Below are positions 35,964 to 44,910 of a DNA stretch of 59,411 nt, in pieces. The position numbers and the translations under genes are program-made. The stretch covers positions 1 through 59,411 of the forward strand of contig JBAYGU010000002.1 of the NCBI GenBank assembly GCA_041666505.1. The letters run 5' to 3'. Every line of letters begins with the position of its first letter. Within the stretch, counting starts at the first letter, position 1. The notes beneath the pieces were generated by a model that was not told the DNA's origin, searched no databases, and saw only the letters and a list, made by a program, of their open reading frames with translations. This DNA comes from Candidatus Buchananbacteria bacterium. Its GTDB lineage: Bacteria; Patescibacteriota; Patescibacteriia; 2-01-FULL-39-33.

Positions 35964-35997
35964 GAATCGCTTAAAACTTAAAACTAAAAACTATTAT

Positions 35998-36489
35998 ATG
36001 ATTGAAAGAACACTAGTGCTATTGAAGCCTGATGCGGTAAAAAGGGGAGTTATGGGAGAGATTATCGCCCGTTTTGAGAAAGTCGGCATGAAAATCGTCG
36101 CTTGCAGGCTTGCTTGGGTTGATGCGGAAAAAGCCAAAGAGCATTACACCGAGGATATTACTGTCCGCCGCGGTGAGCATGTCAGGAATCAACTTGTTGA
36201 TTTCATCACTTCCGGTCCGGTTTTGGCGATGGTGATCGAGGGCGTCGATGCGATTGAGAATGTCCGCATAATGGTCGGCGTTACAGAGCCGAAGGCCAAT
36301 ATACCGGGAACGATCCGCGGCGATTATTCCCATGTCTCATTCAGCCATGCAGATTCCGAAAAGAAAGTCGTGGCAAATTTGGTCCATGCTTCTTCCGACA
36401 AGGCTGATGCTGAACGGGAAATCTTAGTTTGGTTCCGCGCCGATGAAATATTCGATTACGAAACGATTTATCAAGCGCATACGATGTAG
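35998..36489 (+). CDS. ndk: nucleoside diphosphate kinase
   Basis: ERTLVLLKPDAVKRG, GPVLAMVIEG, NLVHASSD (catalytic His). Confidence 0.9.
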   Translation: MIERTLVLLKPDAVKRGVMGEIIARFEKVGMKIVACRLAWVDAEKAKEHYTEDITVRRGEHVRNQLVDFITSGPVLAMVIEGVDAIENVRIMVGVTEPKANIPGTIRGDYSHVSFSHADSEKKVVANLVHASSDKADAEREILVWFRADEIFDYETIYQAHTM

Positions 36490-36559
36490 GGTTCCATATT
36501 TTGCTAAGTTGTTTTTGAGTACATTACATTATAGGCCACAACCGAAAAGGAGAAGGCAG

Positions 36560-37036
36560 ATGCCTAAGAAATCGCTCAAGTGTTTGAGGTGCGGCAAGAT
36601 GACTCGGACTCAAGATGTGACTTTTACATTCCGAGGCATGAAAATCAAGACTTTCAAACCCGGCTTGCATTGTTCTTCGTGCTATAAGAAGGAAGCAGTG
36701 AAGAAAATCAAAGATTTGATGACTCAAGGTTATTTTAGTATTTGTAGCGGTAAAATTTCCATTGATTGGAAAAAATGCCTCGATGCTTATTCGTATCAAG
36801 GCCGTTGGAATAATGATTTCGATGACTTGCTTTCCTTATTTATTAAATTGGAAGTGCTGTCGCTTGAAATGTCAAGAAATTTTGTGATCCATCGCTTCAG
36901 TTCTGATTTCACTTTGCGTACAAATGGTTTCGAAGTCTACTTTGCCGACAAGGCTAATGCCCAAGGCTTCATTGATGCATATGTGGCTCGTTATGGCGGC
37001 ACAGGAGGCGATATGGTCGCTGCGCAATTCGTGTAG
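36560..37036 (+). CDS. hypothetical zinc-ribbon protein
   Basis: I take the ATG at 36560, preceded by aaaaggagaagg, rather than the tracked 36443 start that overlaps ndk. CLRCGK...CSSC is a CxxC pair. Confidence 0.6.
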   Translation: MPKKSLKCLRCGKMTRTQDVTFTFRGMKIKTFKPGLHCSSCYKKEAVKKIKDLMTQGYFSICSGKISIDWKKCLDAYSYQGRWNNDFDDLLSLFIKLEVLSLEMSRNFVIHRFSSDFTLRTNGFEVYFADKANAQGFIDAYVARYGGTGGDMVAAQFV

Positions 37037-37057
37037 GAATATGATTGTACAAAAAAA

Positions 37058-37085
37058 GCGTCAGCACTGGTCTGACGCTTTTTTA
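37058..37085. terminator. bidirectional rho-independent terminator
   Basis: aaaaaaa-GCGTCAG-cactggt-CTGACGC-tttttt lies between convergent genes (the 36560 ORF and rpmB). Confidence 0.75.
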
Positions 37086-37095
37086 GTAATTGAAT

Positions 37096-37269
37096 TTATT
37101 TGCTTTTGGCGCGGGTCTTGATGCAGCCGGCGCAAATCCTGGTTTTTTTGCCGGCGATAACCTTGCTATGCAGATTGATGTTCTGAGTAGTTTTTGTTTT
37201 GACGTTGGAATGTGAGACGTTATTGGCGCTTCTGGTGCCGCGACCGCAAACGGAACAGATTTTGGACAT
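37096..37269 (-). CDS. rpmB: 50S ribosomal protein L28
   Basis: It is not in the ORF track (57 aa). The minus-strand translation is MSKICSVCGRGTRSANNVSHSNVKTKTTQNINLHSKVIAGKKTRICAGCIKTRAKSK. Confidence 0.9.
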   Translation of the reverse strand: MSKICSVCGRGTRSANNVSHSNVKTKTTQNINLHSKVIAGKKTRICAGCIKTRAKSK

Positions 37270-37400
37270 ATATACGAATTTTTAATTATTAATTTTTAAT
37301 TTTCAAATAATTTTTTAATTATTAATTTTTAAACATTAAGACATTTAGTCATTATTTAAAAATTGAAAATTAGAAATTGAAAATTATTGATTGGTCTAAG
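37270..37400. repeat. AT-only long palindrome, family copy c
   Basis: It lies between divergent rpmB and the M50 protease gene. The core aacattaagacatt is the reverse complement of the copy b core. Confidence 0.65.
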
Positions 37401-37464
37401 CTTAACATAATTGCTCTATAAAGTCAAATGTGATAAAATATACGAAGAAATTAATATATATTTT

Positions 37465-38097
37465 ATGCCCATACAATGGCTGGCAAGCGAACCGTTATTT
37501 TTCTTGGCCTGGGTCGTGGCGATTATCGTCACTTTGACGATCCATGAGTTCAGCCATGCTTTGGTTGCTCTGTATTTCGGCGATCATACCGCCAAAGATG
37601 CGGGCCGTTTGACCCTGAATCCCTTGGTCCATATCGATTCCTTGGGGTTTATTATGCTGCTTTTCGCCGGTTTTGGCTGGGCTAAGCCAGTTCCCGTCAA
37701 TCCATATAATTTCAAGGATCATCGCTTGGCTATGGCAGTCGTGTCTTTAGCCGGCCCATTGGCTAATTTGGCCGGAGTTATCGTATTCGGCTTAGTTTTT
37801 AAGTTTATTGCGCCATATTTGGGAACGGGCAATTTATTGCTTAATTTCCTTTATCTTCTGATTTTGGTCAATGTTTCCCTTTTTATCTTCAATTTATTCC
37901 CAATCCCGCCTCTGGATGGATCCAAGGTGCTATTTGCAGTATTGCCCGATAAATTTAATGATTTTAAAGACAAATTTTCTGAATACGGTCCTTATATTTT
38001 GCTAATTTTAGTCCTTATTGATAGTTTTTCTCCAGTCAGTGTCTTCGGCGGCATCTTCAACTGGATGCAGAATATCACATCTTGGCTATTCTTCTAG
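37465..38097 (+). CDS. site-2 protease family (M50) membrane metalloprotease
   Basis: Contains HEFSHAL (HExxH) and the downstream [12 protein letters not shown] motif. I prefer the ATG at 37465 over the tracked TTG at 37411. Confidence 0.85.
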   Translation: MPIQWLASEPLFFLAWVVAIIVTLTIHEFSHALVALYFGDHTAKDAGRLTLNPLVHIDSLGFIMLLFAGFGWAKPVPVNPYNFKDHRLAMAVVSLAGPLANLAGVIVFGLVFKFIAPYLGTGNLLLNFLYLLILVNVSLFIFNLFPIPPLDGSKVLFAVLPDKFNDFKDKFSEYGPYILLILVLIDSFSPVSVFGGIFNWMQNITSWLFF

Positions 38098-38317
38098 CAG
38101 TGTTGCCTTGACTTTTTACCTGTTTTCGTCTAATATAATAACCATATTTAGCGGATCAAGCCGAATGGCCCCTTTCCGGAAATCGGGGCTTTTTAATTCC
38201 TTCAGGCACTTGTTCGAGAACGCGAGCACTGCCAGAAGCGTGTTTATTCGTATTCATCTGTTAAAATATGCCAGACTTTATAAACTTTAAAGACTTTTAA
38301 CTTTCAACTAATTTACT

Positions 38318-38746
38318 ATGCCTACAATCAACCAATTGTTAAAAAAACCGAGACGGGCCAAGGCTTCCAAGTCCAAGACTCCGGATATGCAGACGACTTT
38401 AGACAGTTTGCATCGCCGCAAGCACACCGTCGCTAAGGGCAATGCCTTCAAGCGCGGCGTTTGCACGGTCGTTAGGACTACAACTCCGAAAAAACCTAAC
38501 TCAGCGCTTCGCAAGATCGCTCGTGTCAGATTAAGTAATGGCCAAGAAGTTACCGCGTACATTCCGGGCATCGGCCATAATTTGCAGGAACACTCCATCG
38601 TTATGATCAGAGGCGGCAGGGTCAAGGATTTGCCTGGTGTCCGCTATCACATTGTTCGCGGCGTTTATGATGCCGCCGGTGTTGCCAATCGCAAGCGCAG
38701 TCGAAGCTTGTACGGAGTGAAGAAAGATAAAAAAGCAGCTAAATAA
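38318..38746 (+). CDS. rpsL: 30S ribosomal protein S12
   Basis: [12 protein letters not shown]..., [10 protein letters not shown]. Confidence 0.97.
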   Translation: MPTINQLLKKPRRAKASKSKTPDMQTTLDSLHRRKHTVAKGNAFKRGVCTVVRTTTPKKPNSALRKIARVRLSNGQEVTAYIPGIGHNLQEHSIVMIRGGRVKDLPGVRYHIVRGVYDAAGVANRKRSRSLYGVKKDKKAAK

Positions 38747-38757
38747 TACACACATAT

Positions 38758-39225
38758 ATGCGAGGTAAACCAGCTACAAGAAGAGTAATCGCTCCGGACG
38801 AGAGATTTAATCGCGAAGATATCGCCAAGTTCACTAATTATATTATGGAACGCGGCAAGAAGACTATCGCCAAGGGAATCGTTTATGAAGCGATGGACAT
38901 CATTTCAGAAAAAACCAAAGGCGACGCCGTTGAGATTTTTGCCGGCGCTATTAAAAACGCATCTCCGTCAGTCGAAATCAAGAGCAAGCGTGTCGGCGGC
39001 GCCAACTACCAGGTGCCTATGGCCGTTCGGCCCGAACGCAGTTACGCGCTCGGTTGCCGCTGGCTGATCGATGCCGCCAATGCCAAGAAAGGCAAGCGCA
39101 TGGCAGTCAAACTAGCCGAGGAACTTATCGCCGCTTTCAATAATGAAGGCAACGCCATCAAGAAGAAGCAGGATGTCTACAGGATGGCCGAAGCCAATCG
39201 CGCCTTTGCGCATTTTTCTAGATAA
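38758..39225 (+). CDS. rpsG: 30S ribosomal protein S7
   Basis: Typical S7 sequence (KRVGGANYQVPMAVRPER, AFAHFS). Confidence 0.97.
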   Translation: MRGKPATRRVIAPDERFNREDIAKFTNYIMERGKKTIAKGIVYEAMDIISEKTKGDAVEIFAGAIKNASPSVEIKSKRVGGANYQVPMAVRPERSYALGCRWLIDAANAKKGKRMAVKLAEELIAAFNNEGNAIKKKQDVYRMAEANRAFAHFSR

Positions 39226-39234
39226 GGTGTTTTT

Positions 39235-39270
39235 CCTCCCCTTTATGAAAGGGAGGATTAAGGAGGGTTT
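39235..39270 (+). repeat. CCTCCCC hairpin repeat, copy 3 of 3
   Basis: cctcccctttatgaaagggaggattaaggagggttt lies directly after the rpsG stop. Confidence 0.7.
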
Positions 39271-39343
39271 AAATCAGTGATAAGTAATTTAATTTCCGTT
39301 CCTTGAGAATTGAAAAATCAACCAACCAAAGAGGAGAAGAGTC

Positions 39344-39625
39344 ATGGAGAAGATGGAAGGCAGTAGCGTCAAGGAAATGATTGAGGTAAGGAGAGAAGAT
39401 TCTGAGCAGCTTGAGCAACAAATATCCAAATTGCAAAGGCGCATTGATGAGAATAATGATGATATTAAGACGCTTCAAAGCCGTTGTCCGCATGAGTGGG
39501 GTATATGGAGGTTTGTTAATCAAGAATACGATATGAATCTGGAAGCCATTGTTGACATTCATATAAGAACCTGCAGTTATTGCGGCAAAAAGAAGCTTAG
39601 AAAACAAAAAGCAGTGCGTAGCTAA
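39344..39625 (+). CDS. hypothetical coiled-coil / CxxC protein inserted between rpsG and fusA
   Basis: 93 aa with a strong SD (agaggagaagagtcATG). It has a coiled-coil N-terminus and then CPHEW...CSYCGKKK. Confidence 0.65.
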   Translation: MEKMEGSSVKEMIEVRREDSEQLEQQISKLQRRIDENNDDIKTLQSRCPHEWGIWRFVNQEYDMNLEAIVDIHIRTCSYCGKKKLRKQKAVRS

Positions 39626-39646
39626 TTGTAATCGATTGATTTTTCC

Positions 39647-39672
39647 GAGGCGGAAGCACTCGTTTCCGCCTC
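39647..39672 (+). terminator. stem-loop after the inserted ORF
   Basis: GAGGCGGAA-gcactcg-TTCCGCCTC; a T-run follows about 12 nt later. Confidence 0.55.
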
Positions 39673-39783
39673 ATCCAATTATTTTTTTAAATTTTATATA
39701 ATTAGTTGTCGGGATGACAGCAATGCGAAATTATAATTTGACTTTATAAACCTTACAAACTTTTAACTTTATAACTAACACGT

Positions 39784-41916
39784 ATGCCCCGTAAAATTCC
39801 TATCGAAAAGATCAGAAACATCGGCATCATCGCCCATATCGACGCCGGCAAGACCACCGTTTCCGAACGCGTCTTGTTCTATACCGGAAAAAAGCATAAG
39901 ATTGGCGAAGTGCACGAAGGCGAAGCGACCATGGACTGGATGGAGCAGGAACAGGAACGCGGTATCACTATCACTTCCGCTGCGACGACTTGCTATTGGC
40001 CGAACGCCGAATGGCTGGGCGGAGGAGATATCCAGATCAACTTGATCGATACTCCCGGCCACGTCGACTTTACCGCTGAGGTAGAGCGTTCTTTGCGCGT
40101 GCTTGACGGCGGCGTCATCGTCTTTGACGGCGTTGCCGGCGTAGAGCCGCAATCCGAGACTGTCTGGCGCCAGAGCGAAAAGTATCACGTGCCGAAATTA
40201 GGATTCATCAACAAGATGGATCGCATGGGCGCGAACTTCTATAACGATTTGAAATCGATCCATGACCGCTTGACTATCCATGCCCATCCGATTCAGCTGC
40301 CAATCGGCGCCGCTGAGACTTTTTCCGGCATCATCGATCTGTTCGAAATGAAAGCGGAAATCTATCAGGATGATCTTGGCACGAAATTCGATGAAAGCGA
40401 AGTTCCAGCCGATGAAGTCGAGCGCGCCAAGAAATTCCGCGCAGAGCTTGTAGAAGCTATCGTTGAGACTGATGAAACATTGCTGGAAAGATTTTTGGCC
40501 GGAGAAGAAATTTCCGTTCCTGATCTGAAGAAAGCATTGCGCAAAGCAGTCATCGCTAACAAGATCGTGCCGATCCTTTGCGGCTCTGCTTTAAAGAACA
40601 AGGGCGTACAATTCATGCTTAACGCTGTTGCTGAATATTTGCCGTCGCCTTTGGATATTCCAGCGCCTATCGGCAAGGATGTCGATGACGAGACCAAGGA
40701 GATTACTCTCAAGGTTACCGATGAAGCGCCTTTGGCCGGCTTGGCTTTCAAGATCGCCACTGATCCGTTCGTCGGCAAATTGGTTTTTTTCCGCGTTTAT
40801 TCCGGTGTGCTTAAATCCGGTTCATATATTATCAATAATAAGAACGGCAATAAGGAGCGCGTCGGCCGCATCTTGCGCATGCATGCCAATTCCCGCGAAG
40901 AAGTTGATGAGGTTTACGCCGGAGAAATCGCCGCTTTGGTCGGCATCCGCGACGTGACCACCGGTATCACATTATCCGATCCGTCATTTCCGATCCTGTT
41001 GGAAAACATTGTGTTCCCTGATCCGGTCATCGATATCGCTATCGAGCCTAAGACTAAAGCCGATCAAGAAAAAATGGGCTTGGCTTTATCGAAATTGGCA
41101 GAAGAAGATCCGACTTTCCGCGTGCATACTGACGAGGAAACCGGTCAGACCATCATTTCCGGCATGGGCGAATTGCATTTGGATATCATCGTTGATCGCA
41201 TGAAGCGCGAATTCAAAGTGGAAGCCAATATCGGACAGCCGCAAGTCGCTTATCGCGAAACCATCAAGACCAAGGCCGAAGCCGAAGGCAAGTACATCCG
41301 CCAATCAGGCGGCCGCGGCCAATACGGTCATTGCTGGCTCCGCGTCGAGCCTTCCGAGCCGAATGCCGGCTTCGTCTTTACTGATGAAACCAAGGGCGGT
41401 TCTATTCCGAAGGAATTCATCAAGCCGATCGAAAAAGGCTCAAGAGAAGCGATGGACCGAGGCGTTCTGGCCGGCTATCATATGATCGATGTCAAAGTTA
41501 CTGTTTTCGACGGTTCCTATCATGATGTCGATTCATCCGAAGCCGCTTTCAAAATCGCCGCTTCCATGGCTTTCCAAGAAGCTTCTAGAAAAGCCGGAGC
41601 CTGCATTCTTGAACCTATCATGAAAATCGAAGTCGTCACCCCGGAGCAATTCATGGGCGATGTCATCGGTGACCTTAACTCTCGTCGCGCCATTATCGGC
41701 TCGATGGAAGACAGGGGATCGGGAGCCGCAGCTGTCAAGGTTATCAGCGCCCAAGTGCCTTTGGCCGAAATGTTTGGCTATACCACGATCATGCGTTCCA
41801 TGACTCAAGGCCGCGCCTCGAGCTCGATGGAATTCTCCAGATATATGGAAGTCCCGAAGAACGTCGAAATCAAGATTGTTGAAGCCAGAGCCGGCAAGAT
41901 GGAAAGAATCAAATAA
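39784..41916 (+). CDS. fusA: elongation factor G
   Basis: [21 protein letters not shown]; full-length at 710 aa. Confidence 0.97.
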   Translation: MPRKIPIEKIRNIGIIAHIDAGKTTVSERVLFYTGKKHKIGEVHEGEATMDWMEQEQERGITITSAATTCYWPNAEWLGGGDIQINLIDTPGHVDFTAEVERSLRVLDGGVIVFDGVAGVEPQSETVWRQSEKYHVPKLGFINKMDRMGANFYNDLKSIHDRLTIHAHPIQLPIGAAETFSGIIDLFEMKAEIYQDDLGTKFDESEVPADEVERAKKFRAELVEAIVETDETLLERFLAGEEISVPDLKKALRKAVIANKIVPILCGSALKNKGVQFMLNAVAEYLPSPLDIPAPIGKDVDDETKEITLKVTDEAPLAGLAFKIATDPFVGKLVFFRVYSGVLKSGSYIINNKNGNKERVGRILRMHANSREEVDEVYAGEIAALVGIRDVTTGITLSDPSFPILLENIVFPDPVIDIAIEPKTKADQEKMGLALSKLAEEDPTFRVHTDEETGQTIISGMGELHLDIIVDRMKREFKVEANIGQPQVAYRETIKTKAEAEGKYIRQSGGRGQYGHCWLRVEPSEPNAGFVFTDETKGGSIPKEFIKPIEKGSREAMDRGVLAGYHMIDVKVTVFDGSYHDVDSSEAAFKIAASMAFQEASRKAGACILEPIMKIEVVTPEQFMGDVIGDLNSRRAIIGSMEDRGSGAAAVKVISAQVPLAEMFGYTTIMRSMTQGRASSSMEFSRYMEVPKNVEIKIVEARAGKMERIK

Positions 41917-41934
41917 TCTCTTTCAATATAAAAA

Positions 41935-41968
41935 ACATCCTCGCCTTGATCGGTGAGGATGTTTTTTT
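41935..41968 (+). terminator. fusA rho-independent terminator
   Basis: 11-bp stem acatcctcgcc / ggtgaggatgt with one G-U pair and loop ttgatc, followed by a T7 run. Confidence 0.8.
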
Positions 41969-41990
41969 ATCTCATATTCATTTGTTTTTT

Positions 41991-42040
41991 CGTCATCCTG
42001 GAATTTTTATGTAATCATAAAAATATCCGGGATCCAGGTT
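41991..42040 (+). mobile_element. solo MITE-family arm B
   Basis: cgtcatcctggaatttttatgtaatcataaaaatatccgggatccaggtt is one 50-nt arm of the family seen at 30624 and 48073. Confidence 0.7.
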
Positions 42041-42060
42041 TAATTTTAGTTTATTTTCTC

Positions 42061-42119
42061 TAATACTTTTCTTTAGAAGAAAAGTATTGCAAAAGAATCG
42101 CGCCGAAATAAATCATGGC
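42061..42119 (+). repeat. hairpin + GCAAnAGAATCGCG module, copy 1
   Basis: The hairpin aatacttttc-tttagaa-gaaaagtatt is followed by gcaaaagaatcgcgccgaaataaatcatggc. A related module lies at 59263-59342. Confidence 0.6.
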
Positions 42120-42182
42120 TAGATTTTTTATGTGATTTATTAATGGCGCAACTTCGATACAATACAAATATAAATTAAAAAC

Positions 42183-42272
42183 AAAAAAACACGGATGATG
42201 CCGTGTTGGGATTTGATTGAAAAATGATGAAAAAAATTGAGGGTCAAGCGGCTACTGCGTCGCTTGACCCTC
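42183..42272 (-). terminator. two tandem minus-strand rho-independent terminators
   Basis: The first is a 12-bp perfect stem gagggtcaagcg/cgcttgaccctc (42239-42272) followed, on the minus strand, by aattttttt. The second is the hairpin aacacgg-atgatg-ccgtgtt (42188-42207), followed on the minus strand by a T-run. Confidence 0.75.
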
Positions 42273-42982
42273 GGAACAAACAGGTGCTGCTTTCCTGACG
42301 GGCTGGCATACTATACCAGCTCCGTCTTTGCTACTTTCGCGCCCGGTGCCTCATATGGCTCCGAACGATCCTCGCGCACCCGACTGATCGGGTCGCATTT
42401 CTTCTCGTTGGTGTTTCCAGCGAGATCGCGGGAAGCCGGCCCGGAGCAGTCACGAATGACCTGCATAGCCGGCTCCCCGCACAACTTCGTTTACCAGTAC
42501 CCGTTTCCGACCAGCTTCTTCCTGCGAACACTAATCGTCGCGGTCCACCGAATCGGATAGTACTGGCTTGTTTCGCGCCGGTTCGTCTTTGGGCTAAGCC
42601 CTCGCCCGCTGAGGTAATAATTCTGCCTCAGCGGGCTACCATGAAAGAAGTCTGCTACGACCGCACATGAAGTGGGTCATGGAGGTTTTCTCCTGGTTGC
42701 GATGCGCGGGTTTTAAAGCCGCACACCTCGCCGCAGTCTCAATTTTGCCCTCTCACACGGGGCGATGTGCTACGAAAATACCGTAGCTACACAAACGCAC
42801 AACGATTGCGAATGTTATATCGCTTTCGAAGCATGCGTCTTCCTCTCCTTTCGGCATTAGTTTAGCGGCGATCAATCGGCCGTTCAACTATAGTCAGGTC
42901 GGCGAACGGCCCAAAGGCGTTCGTCCCAACTATTTACGCAGACCGCGCTATTTGTGTTACCGCGCGGTTGATGCCGTTGGAA
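42273..42982 (-). ncRNA. candidate large structured RNA or long structured 3' UTR, family unknown
   Basis: This is a GC-rich, ~700-nt stretch with no convincing ORF. It has many helices. Two contain G-U pairs only when read on the minus strand: a 13-bp helix 42428-42440/42468-42480 and a 7-bp helix at 42301-42317. A perfect 10-bp hairpin lies at 42606-42636. The stretch is bounded by the ORF stop and the terminators. Confidence 0.45.
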
Positions 42983-43333
42983 CTACACCGCAACCTGGCG
43001 TGCCACAAAAACCTTGCGGCTGAACGGGCTGCGGGTCTGCGGGTGATTCATGCGGGCGAAGTTCGCCAGCATTTCATCACGCGCGCGGTCGATCGAGTCG
43101 GGATGTTCCTCCTCGACTTCGACAGCGCTCTTCACCCGCTTTGCTGTCGACTTCTGGAATTTCACCGAGAAGCTGTGCAGCTTTTTCAGGAAATCGAGAC
43201 CGCCCAGCAGGTGGATGCCCAAATGGGCGCCGCCGCTGACGGTGATCTCGCCTTTCCCCAAGTCGATCTTGACGCCCTTCTTCTTACGGAGGGCATCAAC
43301 GACACCGCTGAGCGAATACTTCGAAATCAACAT
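42983..43333 (-). CDS. hypothetical protein with foreign (high GC3) codon usage
   Basis: 116 aa counted from the second ATG, which is preceded by agaaggaaaaagaaa. By hand count the codon positions show the coding pattern GC3 >> GC1 > GC2. Composition is K-rich and balanced. I recognise no family. Confidence 0.6.
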   Translation of the reverse strand: MLISKYSLSGVVDALRKKKGVKIDLGKGEITVSGGAHLGIHLLGGLDFLKKLHSFSVKFQKSTAKRVKSAVEVEEEHPDSIDRARDEMLANFARMNHPQTRSPFSRKVFVARQVAV

Positions 43334-43430
43334 TTTCTTTTTCCTTCTCATTTTTCAACCCGCGCCATGCGGATTGTTGTCAACGTTCTACGCTTCCCAT
43401 CGGACTTTCCGACTTTCAGCGTAATATAAC

Positions 43431-43459
43431 AGTATAGCACATGGGCAAAATTTTGTCAA
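43431..43459 (-). promoter_or_regulatory. strong sigma70-type promoter for the GC-rich minus-strand unit
   Basis: The minus strand reads TTGACA (43459-43454), a 17-nt spacer, then TATACT (43436-43431). Confidence 0.65.
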
Positions 43460-43601
43460 GTGATTTATCCCACTTAATTCCGATTAATTATCGTTATTTA
43501 TCTAAATTTAAACAAAATAAATTATTAAAAAATAGCTATTTTAATCAAAAAGTAGTTATTTTTGTATTAGTGAGGTGTAAGATATCAGTATTTATCCACA
43601 A

Positions 43602-44759
43602 CTATTCTAGCTTTAACGCCCCGGCAGTATAGTTATTACCAGAATTCCACAGCAGCCAGCCGTTGACATTATTGTCCTCGGCCGCCTTGATTTGGGCTTT
43701 TACCCGGTCTGCCGTATAAACAGCGCCTAAATTGAAGTCCTGCAGCCAGGGTCGGGATGAGCCGATGACGGGATTGCTCGAGGAAGCCATGATTGCCGCC
43801 CCTTCTTTCATTGCTTTATCTACTACGGCATAGGGGCAAAGCACCGGATTGGCGCAGCCGGCGTAGGGCGAGCGGTAATGCGACGGGTAGACCATGGGCG
43901 AGATATAGTCGAAATATCGGGCCGCATCAGGCAGAAATTGCCCGATTCCCATGTCATAACTCGGGTTTTCCGGGTGCCTCTGATATGTCAGGCCGAATAA
44001 ATCGATAGACAGGGGAATATCCAAATCAGCCAGGTCTTGGCGCAAATAGCTGTAAAAATCAGCCAATACCGCCGTTCTTTTGCTGCCGGCCGGGAAATCG
44101 TAATAGGCGATTGATTTCAGGTTGCCATCGGAGGGAAAACGGATATAATCCAGTTGCACCTCGTCAAAACCGATATCTGCCGCTTCTTTTATCTGTGCCG
44201 CCACTAATTTCCATGTTTCAGGATTAGTCATATCCAGCCAGGTTACGCCTTTATAATCCTGCCAAATGCCTCCGCCGGTATTCTTTAGCGCTACTTTAGG
44301 ATAAGTTTTGGCCGCTGTGCTGTCTTGGAAAGTGGTAATTCTGGCGATTGAATAGATATCTTTTGTTTGCAGATCAACTAAAATAGCCTGATAATCCTCG
44401 TATTTGAGCGAAACGGAGGAAAGCGGCCACTTGGCCAGCCGTTCATCGAGAGGTTTGACCATTAATTTGCCGCCCGGATCCTTAAAGTCAATAACGACGG
44501 AATTAAGTTCTGTTTTGGCGATTAGGTCGAAAAGTTTGTCTCGGCGGGCTTTTTGGCTGAAGGTATAGCCAGTCATATATATGCCTTTGACTAGAGCGGG
44601 GGTTGGAAGAGCTTTTTTGACAAAAAAAATAGTGCTGGAAGCATTCTCTGCCAGCACTTGCGGTGAAATATTGCCGTATTCAGGCCAATAATAAACAATT
44701 CCGCCGATTATTGCGGCCGATACTGCTAAAACTGCGGTTATCAGCCAAATCTTGTTCAT
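43602..44759 (-). CDS. putative glycoside hydrolase-like TIM-barrel protein (DUF4015/GHL type)
   Basis: 385 aa with an N-terminal TM/signal segment. The blocks VKGIYMTGY, NSVVIDFKD and GFDEVQLDYIRFP are as I remember for this family. Confidence 0.7.
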   Translation of the reverse strand: MNKIWLITAVLAVSAAIIGGIVYYWPEYGNISPQVLAENASSTIFFVKKALPTPALVKGIYMTGYTFSQKARRDKLFDLIAKTELNSVVIDFKDPGGKLMVKPLDERLAKWPLSSVSLKYEDYQAILVDLQTKDIYSIARITTFQDSTAAKTYPKVALKNTGGGIWQDYKGVTWLDMTNPETWKLVAAQIKEAADIGFDEVQLDYIRFPSDGNLKSIAYYDFPAGSKRTAVLADFYSYLRQDLADLDIPLSIDLFGLTYQRHPENPSYDMGIGQFLPDAARYFDYISPMVYPSHYRSPYAGCANPVLCPYAVVDKAMKEGAAIMASSSNPVIGSSRPWLQDFNLGAVYTADRVKAQIKAAEDNNVNGWLLWNSGNNYTAGALKLE

Positions 44760-44910
44760 ATTCTATTATTATGGTAATTATACCACACTTTATCCACAAC
44801 CAGCCACAATCCTTTACATTTAGCTATAATTCAATTATTATTACTAAATCAGTACAAATATTGAAATTATAAATAATTTCTTATTTTCTTAATTTCTTAA
44901 TAAACTTGAT

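Noticed and set aside
36443-36559. Tracked start at 36443 for the 197-aa ORF overlapping the ndk 3' end
   Set aside because: The upstream 39 codons overlap ndk in another frame. An ATG at 36560 with aaaaggagaagg upstream is a far better start.
38108-38136. TTGACT-17-TAATAT as the rpsL promoter
   Set aside because: The hexamers are good, but a hairpin plus T-run (ggcccc...ggggcttttt, about 38167-38195) lies downstream of it. That hairpin may be the terminator of the upstream protease gene. I cannot tell which signal belongs to which gene, so I did not report it as a feature.
42237-42560. ORF 42237..42560 (+, 107 aa) and 42331..42531 (-, 66 aa) inside the candidate RNA
   Set aside because: The sequences are non-protein-like. 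The plus ORF starts inside the terminator stem. Long open frames are expected by chance in GC-rich DNA.
42273-42982. Identification of the GC-rich RNA as RNase P RNA, tmRNA or a group II intron
   Set aside because: None of the universal signatures is present on either strand. I looked for GGAAAGUCCGG and ACAGAACCCGGCUUA of RNase P, the GGUUCGAnUCC T-arm plus tag ORF of tmRNA, and a domain V consensus with GUGYG 5' end at sensible spacing. The family is left unknown.
42968-43429. Plus-strand ORFs 42968..43429 (153 aa) and 43050..43424 (124 aa) in the GC-rich island
   Set aside because: They are shadow ORFs opposite the minus-strand ORF. Their composition is Leu/Arg/Ala-heavy with almost no Lys, and their GC3 is lower than the minus frame. 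There is no SD or promoter. The minus frame, in contrast, has a promoter, an SD-like purine tract and the coding-type GC3>GC1>GC2 pattern.
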